Assembly (NCBI GenBank): GCA_001661245.1
Contig: KV454011.1
Coordinates: 647,498 to 711,497 of the forward strand
Direction of reading: 5' to 3'
DNA: 64,000 nt
Source: Pachysolen tannophilus NRRL Y-2460
Taxonomy: Eukaryota
A program made the translations under genes and the position numbers. Positions 1-10,300 of this stretch are shown one piece after another (positions within the stretch are counted from its first letter, which is position 1; each line of letters opens with the position of its first letter). The notes under the pieces were generated by a model. The model had not been told where the DNA came from and ran no database searches. It saw only the letters and a program-made list of their open reading frames with translations.

Positions 1-1
1 A

Positions 2-331
2 GTTTCTAATGTTTTCTATATTCAACAATTGAATAACTTGGTACATTTAATTTTTAAATTTGTTATACTTTTTGAAGAATTTTATAACAATTCTCTTGAA
101 CTATTAACAGTATTAAACAACAAAGCTTTTAGCAATCAATCTTTTGAACATGAAAAGCTGGAAACTGATGAGTATATTACAATGATTGGAAGCAAATTAG
201 GCGTTTTAGAAAATAATTTATACAAAGATGTGTTGATAAATTTTAAAGGAGGTTTAGATTTTTTTGTTAAAGATTTGATTAGTGATGATGATTTGGATTT
301 AAAGTATTTAGGTCTGATGCTAGACGACTAG
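2..331 (+). CDS. 3' end of a gene entering from the left edge (product unknown)
   Basis: Frame is open from position 2 to TAG at 329-331; helical-looking sequence; followed by an A-rich 3' region. No recognisable motif. Confidence 0.6.
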   Translation, partial: VSNVFYIQQLNNLVHLIFKFVILFEEFYNNSLELLTVLNNKAFSNQSFEHEKLETDEYITMIGSKLGVLENNLYKDVLINFKGGLDFFVKDLISDDDLDLKYLGLMLDD

Positions 332-606
332 TTTTTTTATATAGGATAATTATAGAGTCCTACTACTATATTGTTAATAACAAATCTTTAATTGACAATA
401 TAAAAATTACGGTAAAACTAAAAATTTTAGAACAAATAAAAATAAAAATAAAAATAAAAAAAAAAAAAGAAACACGTCAAGCACGCGGAAACCTCCAATC
501 ACCAAATCTCAAACCTGTATATGACCAACTAACCACCACGAATTCAACCTTTAACCGTTAACCAAAAAAAAATAAAAAAATAAAAGAATATAAAAAAAAA
601 AAAAAG

Positions 607-1260
607 TTACATGTAATTATCATCACCTGCCTCACTTGCACTAGGTGTAACGTTTCCATCAGTGGTACTATAACCCCCGTCAGAATTAATTTCAACATAA
701 TCTAAAGACAATCCGTTCACTTGAGTTAAACTTTCATCATCATCATCGTTATCTTCGTCATTCGAGTACTCATCAACGTTGTTATTATTACCATTGATTC
801 CATTTTCACTAATAAGATTTGAAGAAGACAATCTGGAAAAATTAATATTTTTCCGATTTCTTAAATTTCTCCTTTTCTCATCTATATGAGATCCGTCCGC
901 TTTTAAAGTCTCGACCGAGGAGGTAACAAGCGGTGTATGATATAATTCTTCTTCATCTTCGTCTTCATCTTCATGATAATGATGATAACGGTACGGATCA
1001 GCCGAAGAAGATGACGCCTTTTCATCATCAAATCCATCACCTTCCTCATTCTCAGAATACTTCGACCTTGAATCTTTCTCCTTATCCTTAAAATCGTTAT
1101 TGAATTCATTCACTTTATTTTCAAATTCTTCTAAAAAGAATTCAAAATCTTGCCTTGTCTCATAGTACGCCTGCAAGATTTTATCTCTATTCATTATTAT
1201 AGCCGCAGTAATACCAACTGTAACGGCTGCTCCAAACACGAACGGTAAATGAGCAGGCAT
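607..1260 (-). CDS. Hypothetical protein with an N-terminal hydrophobic anchor and an acidic, disordered tail
   Basis: First ATG at 1260 (MPAHLPFVFGAAVTVGITAAIIM), then a short helical region and D/E/N-rich low complexity; 217 aa. Confidence 0.7.
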   Translation of the reverse strand: MPAHLPFVFGAAVTVGITAAIIMNRDKILQAYYETRQDFEFFLEEFENKVNEFNNDFKDKEKDSRSKYSENEEGDGFDDEKASSSSADPYRYHHYHEDEDEDEEELYHTPLVTSSVETLKADGSHIDEKRRNLRNRKNINFSRLSSSNLISENGINGNNNNVDEYSNDEDNDDDDESLTQVNGLSLDYVEINSDGGYSTTDGNVTPSASEAGDDNYM

Positions 1261-2305
1261 ATCCAAGTAATCAAAAAATCAAAAAATCAAACAATCAAAA
1301 TTCCAAAATCAAACCTTCTAACCTCTTCAAATTATAAACTTCTATACTTTTACCTCTTCTTCCTGAATTCATAATAAATATCATATATATTAAGACATTA
1401 CTAAAAAAGCAACACTAGCAGCAAATGGCTGAAAAACAACTTCCGTGTCACCAAAAAGGGGGAAACAAAATTCTGCCATCTGCCATTTTTAAAATACCCG
1501 CTAAAAAAACATTTGCGTTGTTTGACGTGTCATTAGCTAAAGCAGTTTTTTTAAATCTAAGGGCGGTTAAATATTGTCAAACATATATTTATATATATAT
1601 ATATATATATATATGTTTTTTTTTTTTTCAATTGATCCAGGATGTTATAGATTAATATATTGTGTCTATCTGTTTAGTCAATATAAATGCTTTGAATTGA
1701 TTACTTTCTTCTCTGTGTGGTTTATTATTATGTGTTTTTTTTTTTTTGAGCGCTGGGCTCCTTGTTAGGCGGAAAAGGGGTGATGTGCAGTGGTGTGCAG
1801 TGGTGTGCGGCGATAAGCGGCGATAAGCGGAGATGATGCTTTCGAGAATAGTTGGGAAAAAAAGGGATCATTTTCTGACCCTTTTCTTTTAAGGAATGGA
1901 CCACAAAAGGGACTTTTCTTGTCATATTAAATCTTCTTTATTAATTTTTCGTTGAGCCAAACAAAACCCAATGTTTAAGAAACTCTTAGTGATTTGCATT
2001 ATCTTCTATCTTATACTTGCTTAAAGGCCCTTCCCGGTTTTTCGTCGTTTACTTTACTAATATAATCGTTGAGTAATTCACCCTTGTTTTCTAGGGAGGT
2101 TTTTTAGTTTTTTTTTTTTTTTTTTTGTTTTTTTTTTTTTATTTTTGCTTTCTTGGTGTTGATAAACTAGTAGATAGTTTTTCAAGGAAAGGAAAGTAAA
2201 GAAATAAAGAAAAAAAAAAAAAAAAAAGAAGAAGAAGAGTGAAAGGGGAGAAAAAAGTGGGTTTTACAGGTCTTTGAGAAGTGCTATTTCACTTGAACTA
2301 TCATC

Positions 2306-3548
2306 ATGTCAGTTCATGATATATTGGTTTCAATTAGATCTTTTAGAGAAAAACAGTATTACGATAAGGATTTGAAAATTTCCTTGGATTTGGCATATAT
2401 TACTGATAATCTTATTGTTTGTTCAGGCCCAGTTGATGATTTTTTACACAAGAGATATCGTAATAATTTAGATCAAATAATTGATTTCTTGAATGCTAAT
2501 CATGGTTCAAATAATTGGAAATTTTTCAATTTAAGAGCTGAAAAATTGGGTTATACTTTGGCTGATGAGAATAGGATTGAGTATTTGCCATTCCTTGATC
2601 ATGAGGCTCCTCCTTTTTATTTAATCCATGAAATTGTTACTAAGATTACTGATTATTTGAATAGTGATACATCAAAAGTTGCTGTTATTCATTGTAAAGC
2701 TGGGAAGGGTAGAAGTGGTACCATTGCATGTTGTTATTTGATGTTCAAAAATCCTGAATTGATACCGAAAACTGCAGATGAAATTTTTGCTTCAAAAAGA
2801 TTTAAATATGTTAATAATCCTTTAAGTGGTGTCACAATTTTATCTCAAAGAAGATATATGAATTATTATTATCATTATTTAAGAAATGAAAAAATAAAAA
2901 AAATTAGTTGATGCATTATCAAGTAGTTGCCAATTTAAATTTCAAAATTTCACCATTGTTAATCCAATTAATGAGTTTACTTCTATTAAAATTAAAAATT
3001 ATGCAGATAATAATAGAGAATTAAAATTAGTTTATGAATTTGTTCATGATGACATAATTTTGAATTCCAAATCAACAATTGTATATGGCTTTAAAGATCA
3101 GGATGCATTTGTATTGAGCAAACCAGATGTAAGAGTGTCGTTTCATAATAACTTAATTGGAAGAAGCAGCAGTTCTTTCTTAAAAATCCCAATGTCTAGT
3201 GCACATTTTTGGTTTAATGGGATATTTGATTTATTTGGATCTGAAATGTTATTGTCAAATAGTGACTCTCTCGTTGACAATAACAGCCAGGCAAGCTTAA
3301 CTCCCCCACAATCTATGGATACACAAGATCTACAAATAATAACTAGAGAATCTCATAAGATTTTGAAGTGGGACGAGCTAGATGGATTCAAAGGAACTTA
3401 TAATAGAGGTATAAAACTTTTTGATTCTATCGAAGTCCATTATTCAATTAGTTTCAACAGTGACCTTGTTGCAGACTGCTATTCCAATACACCGCAAGAT
3501 AAAAGATTGTCAAATAGTAGAATCAGGAAACTTTTCAAGATGAGATGA
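2306..3548 (+). CDS. TEP1: PTEN-like phosphoinositide 3-phosphatase, split by a 1-nt frameshift in the A8 run at 2896-2903
   Basis: PTEN signature HCKAGKGR, plus LDLAYIT and SQRRY. Removing one A joins ORF 2306-2911 in frame (LVDALSSSCQFKF...) to ORF 3060-3548, which has the C2-like HFWFN...WDELDGFKG segment. Confidence 0.85.
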
Positions 3549-3784
3549 TAGCATAAATTCACATAAAGTAAAATTTTTTTTTTTTTTTTTTTTTTAACTA
3601 TTTAATATTTTTGATTTTGTTAATGAAAAAAATTATTCTTTTGATTTAAACCCATGTCTTTTTATTCGTTAAGATTTGTAATAGAAGAGCTCTAACCGTC
3701 TTATTTCAATCTAGATCGTAGTTAATTCTAGTCAGTCAAATTGGAGTTTCGGTAAGATTTGAAAAAGGGGAGATAATAATAAGA

Positions 3785-3810
3785 TTTCCTTTTTAGGAAA
3801 GGTATAAATA
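3785..3810 (+). promoter_or_regulatory. Composite Mcm1 + forkhead (CLB2-cluster-type) element upstream of the kinesin
   Basis: TTTCC-TTTTTA-GG-AAAGGT-ATAAATA: a CC(N6)GG box followed 6 nt later by RTAAAYA. Confidence 0.65.
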
Positions 3811-3937
3811 ATAGATGTATACCCTTACAAATATATTTATTATTAATTCAAATCAACAAGTTCAATAAGTTATACCAGTTTTTTCCTTTTTCTTTTTTCA
3901 TTTTCAGCAGATGCAATAAGTTTGTCTAAATAAGATA

Positions 3938-5779
3938 ATGGAGTTATATTTGAGATTGAAACCTTCTGGTTCAAGTGAGCAGAATGATAAGCCAAATTTT
4001 TTACAGAGATTAAACGATACAGATGTCAAGATATGTTATGGAAACCATGAGAACACGATTTATAAATTTGACAAGATTTTAGGAGAAGAAGCATCTCAAC
4101 AAGAGTTATTTGAAGCTGCGGTTCAGCCGGTATTGCACAATAAAATTTTTAAAAAAGAACAAGACTCATGTTTTTTCACAATAGGCCCATCTAATTCGGG
4201 GAAAAGTTATAGTATATTTGGTAATAAAAAGCCGGATGATTTTGATGGAGTAGTCAGCCGTTCCTTATATTATATTTTAAACAAGATTGGTGTTGAGAAC
4301 TTGGCTGACTTTAAAGTATTACAAAAACACTTGGGTTCTACTTTAGTTAATCCTGAGACAAACAAGGAGCATTCGAATCCTTCTGCAAAATATGGGTTGA
4401 CATTTTCAATGTTTGAGTTGTACGATGACTCTGTAAGAGATCTTTTGAGTAATACAGAAGCAAAGACAAAGAATATCATTACCACAGACTTAAATGATGG
4501 GAAATTGAAGCCAAGCAACTTGTCCCAGATATATTGCATTAATTTTGAAAAAGCCTTGGAGCTTTTAACTTCTGCATTGAGAAGAAGAAAAATATCGAAA
4601 ACCAATCTTAATCCATCTTCATCTAGATTTCATTGTTTCATATACATTAACGTCATCAAATTACATAATGGGAAATTTACTAATACTAGATTCACAATTG
4701 TAGACCTAGCCGGATTAGAAAGAATGAAAATTAATCAAACTCCGCGGACAAGATTAAAAGAATTTGGATTTAATAATAACTCTCTTCTTGAATTGAAGAA
4801 ATTTTTAGAATTGTTTAAACAGAAAAAATTTGATAGGTCAGTATTAAGAAGTAGTAAATTGAATAGATTACTTTTCACTGATATTTTACTGAAAAGTAAG
4901 ATAACTCATGATAGTAAATATATGATTAATGTTTTAACTACATTGGATCCAATCAGTGAAGAAAGCGCAATATTACAAACTTTCAATTACATCAATCCAA
5001 TCAAGATCATTTCCCCAAAGAAAAATCGGTACAATGCTAGTAGCAGAAATAATAGCAGTAGCAGTAGTAGCAGCAATAATAGCATCAGTAGTAGTAGCGG
5101 CAGTAGTAGCAGCAATAGTGGCAGTAGTATGGGCAGTAATAGTAGTGTTAATAGTGACCTGGAGAGGAATAATTTTTTGCTTTTAGAGATAGAAAAATTG
5201 AAAAAAGAAAACAACAGATTAAATGAGGAAATTATTGAAATTGAAGTTAGAACAAGAGAATCAGTAGCAAATCATTATGAGCAACTGATTGAAGAGATTA
5301 ATAAAAAGTATTTAGAAACTAGATTTCAAGATGACGAGAATAACCAATTAACAACAGATTTAAAATTAGATAATTTAGCAAAGTCTTATCAGGAAAAATT
5401 TAGAAAAATCGAAAATGAACATGAGGAAAAAGTTACAAAATTAAATGAAGAAATTATTTCATTAGGGAAGAAATTGAGCAGCTCACAAATTGAAAATAAT
5501 TTGTACAACGATATCAAACGTTACGGGTTAGAAAATGAAGTCCAAAAATTAATTGAGTCCAAATTAAATAAAGACCCATTTAAGAAACCATTATCGCCAT
5601 TAACAAGTAATATTATTAAGTCACCTTTAAAAGAGAAAAGTATTTCCCCACAAAAGAAAGATTCAGGAAGTTTCTTAATATTTTCCGACAATAAGATGAA
5701 ACCATCTCTTAAAAATAAAAGAAGAGTCTTAAGGAAAACCATTGTTTCTGATGATGACGATGGTGATATCGAAATGTAA
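3938..5779 (+). CDS. Divergent N-terminal kinesin motor protein, probably kinesin-6 (Klp9/MKLP)-like
   Basis: YLRLKP first strand, YKFDKI, P-loop GPSNSGKS, FELYDD, switch I SSRFH, switch II DLAGLE, then a poly-Ser linker and coiled coil (EVRTRESVA). Confidence 0.8.
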   Translation: MELYLRLKPSGSSEQNDKPNFLQRLNDTDVKICYGNHENTIYKFDKILGEEASQQELFEAAVQPVLHNKIFKKEQDSCFFTIGPSNSGKSYSIFGNKKPDDFDGVVSRSLYYILNKIGVENLADFKVLQKHLGSTLVNPETNKEHSNPSAKYGLTFSMFELYDDSVRDLLSNTEAKTKNIITTDLNDGKLKPSNLSQIYCINFEKALELLTSALRRRKISKTNLNPSSSRFHCFIYINVIKLHNGKFTNTRFTIVDLAGLERMKINQTPRTRLKEFGFNNNSLLELKKFLELFKQKKFDRSVLRSSKLNRLLFTDILLKSKITHDSKYMINVLTTLDPISEESAILQTFNYINPIKIISPKKNRYNASSRNNSSSSSSSNNSISSSSGSSSSNSGSSMGSNSSVNSDLERNNFLLLEIEKLKKENNRLNEEIIEIEVRTRESVANHYEQLIEEINKKYLETRFQDDENNQLTTDLKLDNLAKSYQEKFRKIENEHEEKVTKLNEEIISLGKKLSSSQIENNLYNDIKRYGLENEVQKLIESKLNKDPFKKPLSPLTSNIIKSPLKEKSISPQKKDSGSFLIFSDNKMKPSLKNKRRVLRKTIVSDDDDGDIEM

Positions 5780-5995
5780 CATAGCTTTGAAATTTTTAGC
5801 AAAAATTCTATATTTTTTTTTTTATATTTTGGAAAACTTTTCAAAAGTGTATACATATTTGAATAAATACAGAGAGTATTCTTAAGGAAAACGAAACTAA
5901 TAAGAAACAAAAAAAAAAATAAAAAAGAAAAGTAAAAAGTAAAAAAGGAAAAAAAGACAACAAATTAAACCATCTCGGCTAAAGTATAATTTTTT

Positions 5996-6451
5996 TCAAA
6001 CCGTATTTCTATCTGAGATATAACGTACAATTGGTCCGTTCCCTGTGATTTCAACTGTCTTATCAAACCAGGATAAAATAATACCACCTTGCTGCTGACC
6101 TATTTTACTACCCATTGCCTTGTATAAATATTTGACCAAAATATCTTGTTGGTCTATTGTCAACTGCTTAACAATTGAACTAATTTCAGATTGTTTCACG
6201 GCAGTCAATATATCAACAACAGACTTCAAATGTAATTCCTTTGTCTGCAGATCACCTCCAAATGGAGGCTCGTCAATTGCATAAGCCAATGCATCAATAA
6301 ACGAACCTTTTGATAATAACGACCTAATTTGTTGCGCTTTAATTTGAATTTCTTCAAGAGAAACAGGTTTGGCATAAGGCTTCAACTCCTCCTCCGATAT
6401 CCTACTTTCTGGATAATAAACATCAATATCTATTCTTCTCCAATCTTCCAT
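5996..6451 (-). CDS. ARC15: Arp2/3 complex subunit ARPC5/p16
   Basis: MEDWRRIDID start, D.LVKYLYKAM and G.IVRYISDR.TV end, all typical of Arc15. Confidence 0.95.
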   Translation of the reverse strand: MEDWRRIDIDVYYPESRISEEELKPYAKPVSLEEIQIKAQQIRSLLSKGSFIDALAYAIDEPPFGGDLQTKELHLKSVVDILTAVKQSEISSIVKQLTIDQQDILVKYLYKAMGSKIGQQQGGIILSWFDKTVEITGNGPIVRYISDRNTV

Positions 6452-6618
6452 CTTATAATTTAACTATATCTCTGATTTATTCCAATTGAAAAACAACTTT
6501 CGATATGATTTATAGATAAACTAATAGGACATTAATTTATTCATTTTGTAACTTGTTTTCTACCAAAAACAAATTGTGGCTTGAACTGATTTTTTTATTA
6601 AGTACCTTTTACCAGCCT

Positions 6619-6649
6619 CATGTAATTACCTAATATGGAAATGTACTGG
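6619..6649. promoter_or_regulatory. Mcm1 site with a CATGTAA flank resembling an alpha2-Mcm1 operator
   Basis: CATGTAATTACCTAATATGGAAATGTACTGG; core TTACC-TAATAT-GGAAA, about 175 bp upstream of ARC15. Confidence 0.55.
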
Positions 6650-6861
6650 GAGGTACATGTGGCGTGTGTGTATATGGTATGAAGAGAAGTGGAAACGACG
6701 TTAACATCGAGATGGAGCACAATGATAACGACGACTGGAGACAGAGATTTAGAAGATTAATAGTGCTATAGAGCCTACAATGAAGATATTTAGAGTTATA
6801 TTTGTGTTTATTTTATTTGTTAGCTTTACACAAGTAAGGCAAAGTTAAGTTAGAATCCCAT

Positions 6862-7182
6862 TTAATTAGGCCTATAAGCTTCAATAAACTTAGAAACTTC
6901 ATCTTTCAACTTGCGATTATCCACCAATACCACTATTAGCCCATCGCTACCAACATCATATTTAATATTTTTTTCATTCTTAAGGCAAATTTCCTCATCG
7001 AATGAATCAAAAAATTTATTCATTGCAGTAAAAGTGTTTATGTCCTGAAGAGTTAACTCTTCCATTTCACCTTCAGGTATGTCTTTAGATTGTACTACCA
7101 ACATGATTCTGAAATCATGGTCTAGCTGATCATTTTCTGGCTGATGAAGTTCCGGAGAGTCATCCAATTGTTCCGAGGACAT
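6862..7182 (-). CDS. YML108W-like small protein (DUF1892)
   Basis: N.FFD.FDEEIC..NE..IKYDVGSDGLIV resembles S. cerevisiae YML108W (recalled NTWFDKFDAEICIPNEGHIKYEISSDGLIV). Confidence 0.8.
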   Translation of the reverse strand: MSSEQLDDSPELHQPENDQLDHDFRIMLVVQSKDIPEGEMEELTLQDINTFTAMNKFFDSFDEEICLKNEKNIKYDVGSDGLIVVLVDNRKLKDEVSKFIEAYRPN

Positions 7183-7399
7183 TACGATCTAGTTTCCTTA
7201 TCAATATATATCTGAAATATTTTTGTTGAAAACCTTTTCTTTTTTAATATAAAAATTTTTTTTTATTTTATTTTCATGCATAAACGAGATGCCTTTTAAA
7301 ACTATCTAAAATTACTTTATAAAATGACAAATTAAATAAATAATAAAAAAAAAAAGAAAAACAAAAAATACACATTGTTAAATAAAAAAGAAACCAAAT

Positions 7400-10300
7400 C
7401 TAGTTTACAGCTTTTTGCTCGGGCACCATGAATTCAAAAATGCTACCCATATCGACATAACGTCGACCAGAATTATTCAAATACCTGTTGATAACACCAC
7501 GACAAATATCGAAAAAATCTCTATTTTGTTCACATAATGCATCCAACAGACCTTGTGTTATAGGCTTTACATTTTCCTTGTCTTCTTCACCTTGTTCTTC
7601 GTATAATGGTTTCAAACTTCTCTTCTTGGCCTTGTCGACGTCAAATATGGAATCAAAGAATAATAATTGATTGTATAATTGCTTATCTGAGTAACGGTAC
7701 CTCATAATACCTTTACAACCGTGAGCTTTACCACTATGTCCAATACAACGACGACCATAAACTGAGATTTGTCGAGTTACAATACCACATGTCACGTCAT
7801 CACAGTATAACCAGCCAGAATAATACAAGGAGATATTTGCTCGAATAATCTTCTCCAATTGACTAGTAACTCTTAAGTTAGAAAAATTTGTTGAACATCT
7901 ATTACATTGTACACCATGATGAGTTATCATGTAATCCTTCGAAGCCTGTATACCACCAAATTTAAAGCTTGAGCCACATGAACATTGAAGAGTTAAATAC
8001 TCTGAATTTTTAAATCTTTCCAGGTCAGATATCATGGATTCTAATGGTTGTAACTCATTTGATGCTGTCGATGATCTAGCTCTATGTTCATATTTCTTAG
8101 AATCTAAACCTAAAGATGTAGCAATCCTAACCAAATCTACACTATCAATTCTTTCAACCAATCTTTCAACAGGAGCATAGATTTGTTTTTCCAAGTAATA
8201 CTGAGCATCTGGTTTATATTCATTGGTGGATTTATTTGCCATAATCTCTTGTAAAGATCTTGCCCTTTCAGCTGCTGAAATACTTTCATCGCCTTCTGTA
8301 ATGACAAAAGTTATAACCGCTCCTGCTTTAATGACTTTACCTTGTTTTCTCAATCTTAAAGCAACTTGAACAGAAGGCATTGTTTTTCCTTGAGCATATT
8401 GCTTTGGATCTTTCGATAACCTAGTGTTGATGGCATATTTGTCAATTCTGATTTCATTGTTCTTGATTTTTGATGTGATTTCAGTTAAGTAATCGTAAAT
8501 TTCATTCAATGTCTGTTCTGAATCGTCATCTTCACCATTGCTACTCTTCGAAGATAATAATTTATTTAAAACGTAAGTTGAAACTTCTTTAGACAATTGA
8601 CAATATTCTCTTCTTCTCATGTCAAGTCCTTTAACTTCCAAATTCAAAACTTCTGTATTATTTTCAAAAGAAACAACATTCATTGCAGCATACTTCTTCT
8701 TAGCATGTAATAATATTTTCTTGAATACATTATCAACATCAATTTCTAAAAGTCTATACCGTTCATTGACCTTCAGTTTAAATTCAGATCCAATCAGTAA
8801 TGCTTCTTTATAGTCAATAGAACCGGTATCAATCATAACAGAATCTGTATCACCATAAATAACCCTTAAGCCCAAACTTTCAGCTAACTGTCTAGTGTCC
8901 ATCAAGATCTCCCTACCCTTGTTGGTAACTAACATTGCCAAAGGCTTGGCGTAAAATCTAGAATTAACATAACCCAAACAACCATACATGGAATTTGCAG
9001 TTAATTTCAAAGCCTGTTGCTTGATGTCATACTGAATCTTTTCTGCTTGAGTTGATTTTGAGTCTTTAAGTAATTTTTTGACTTCACGACGACGATTAAC
9101 TAAAGTTGCCAACAACCTTGGTAAGACACCTTGCTCTATACCTAAATCAGGCACTGATGGAATTTCATCCTGGTTTGATAGTGACCTATTAACAGTAGTA
9201 AAACAAATATTGAATTCTTGAATAATACTTGGATATAAAGAATTGAAATCCATAACTAATACGTAATTTTTGTGTAATCCTTTCTCGGGTTCAAAAACTA
9301 AACCACCTTGATATTTCGATTTCTTACTGGAAGTTGCAATTGCGTCATCATTTCTATCTTCATCGTTCATAGTTTTCAGTGCTCTGATTTCAGCATTTCT
9401 ATTGTATCGATTTTCCTTATCAGGAACTATGTAGCCATTTCTTGTAAATTCATGCAAAAGAATATATTCATTTCTTCCTGCTCTAGTTCCTCCTAAAGTA
9501 TGGGACCATGCATTTCCAGCTAGATTTGTCAATTGCTTTGATAATGATAATATCTGAATTCTAAAAGCTATTTCAGCAGAAATCAATGCATTTTTAAGAA
9601 TTTCTTTTAAATTGATCATTAAAGTATTTGCATCTTCCAAAATTTTTGGATTACTTAAATTGATTTCAAAATCAATAGAAGTTTTCTTGCACACAACTTG
9701 GTACATTTCTGACAAATCCCAAGATTGACATTTTGTTGTTAAAGATTGACCCATTTCATTAGCAATATCACATAAAAGTCTACCTTGGAAAATTTCTCTT
9801 ACTTGCAAATTATTTAATCCATTTTTGTTATTACTGCTGGAACCAAACCTATCAGGCCAACTTTTCCTATTTCTTCTACCAAAATTAGACCAAGTAGAGA
9901 TCTGTAAATCGTACATTCTGTGTACCAACGCGTCTAGTGAAATATTCTCTAACCTATGACCAACAAAAGTATCAGGATCATTTACCTTAATTAAAGCACA
10001 TAAACAATTCAATAAAGTCTTTTCATCTTTGAAAGTTCTTAAATTAAAATTTTGTTGCTTGGCTAAAGGTAATATTCCTGGAGGAAAAGCAATATTTCTA
10101 ACTAAAGTGACAGTATCATTTGGTTGTAAATTTTCATCAATTGGTAAATCCTGTGGTAAGTCTTTATAGACGGCTAATGAAACAGCAGCAATCTCCTGTT
10201 TGTTAGATTTTGAATTCATTGTAGTTTGGACAGAAATACTAACGACATTCAAAGGAGGAGACGGTAATTGATCCTTCATGACAACACATTCATTTGGTGA

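Noticed and set aside
1425..1925. Short ORFs in the TEP1 upstream region
   Set aside because: Built from (TA)n and poly-T tracts; non-coding composition.
6602..6656. CCTTTTACCAG resembling U5 snRNA loop 1, within a possible hairpin
   Set aside because: Lacks the GCCUUUUAC first G, the closing stem and an Sm site; better explained as promoter DNA.
6679..6771. 30-aa ORF as an a-factor gene
   Set aside because: Ends in LIVL with no Cys, so there is no CAAX motif.
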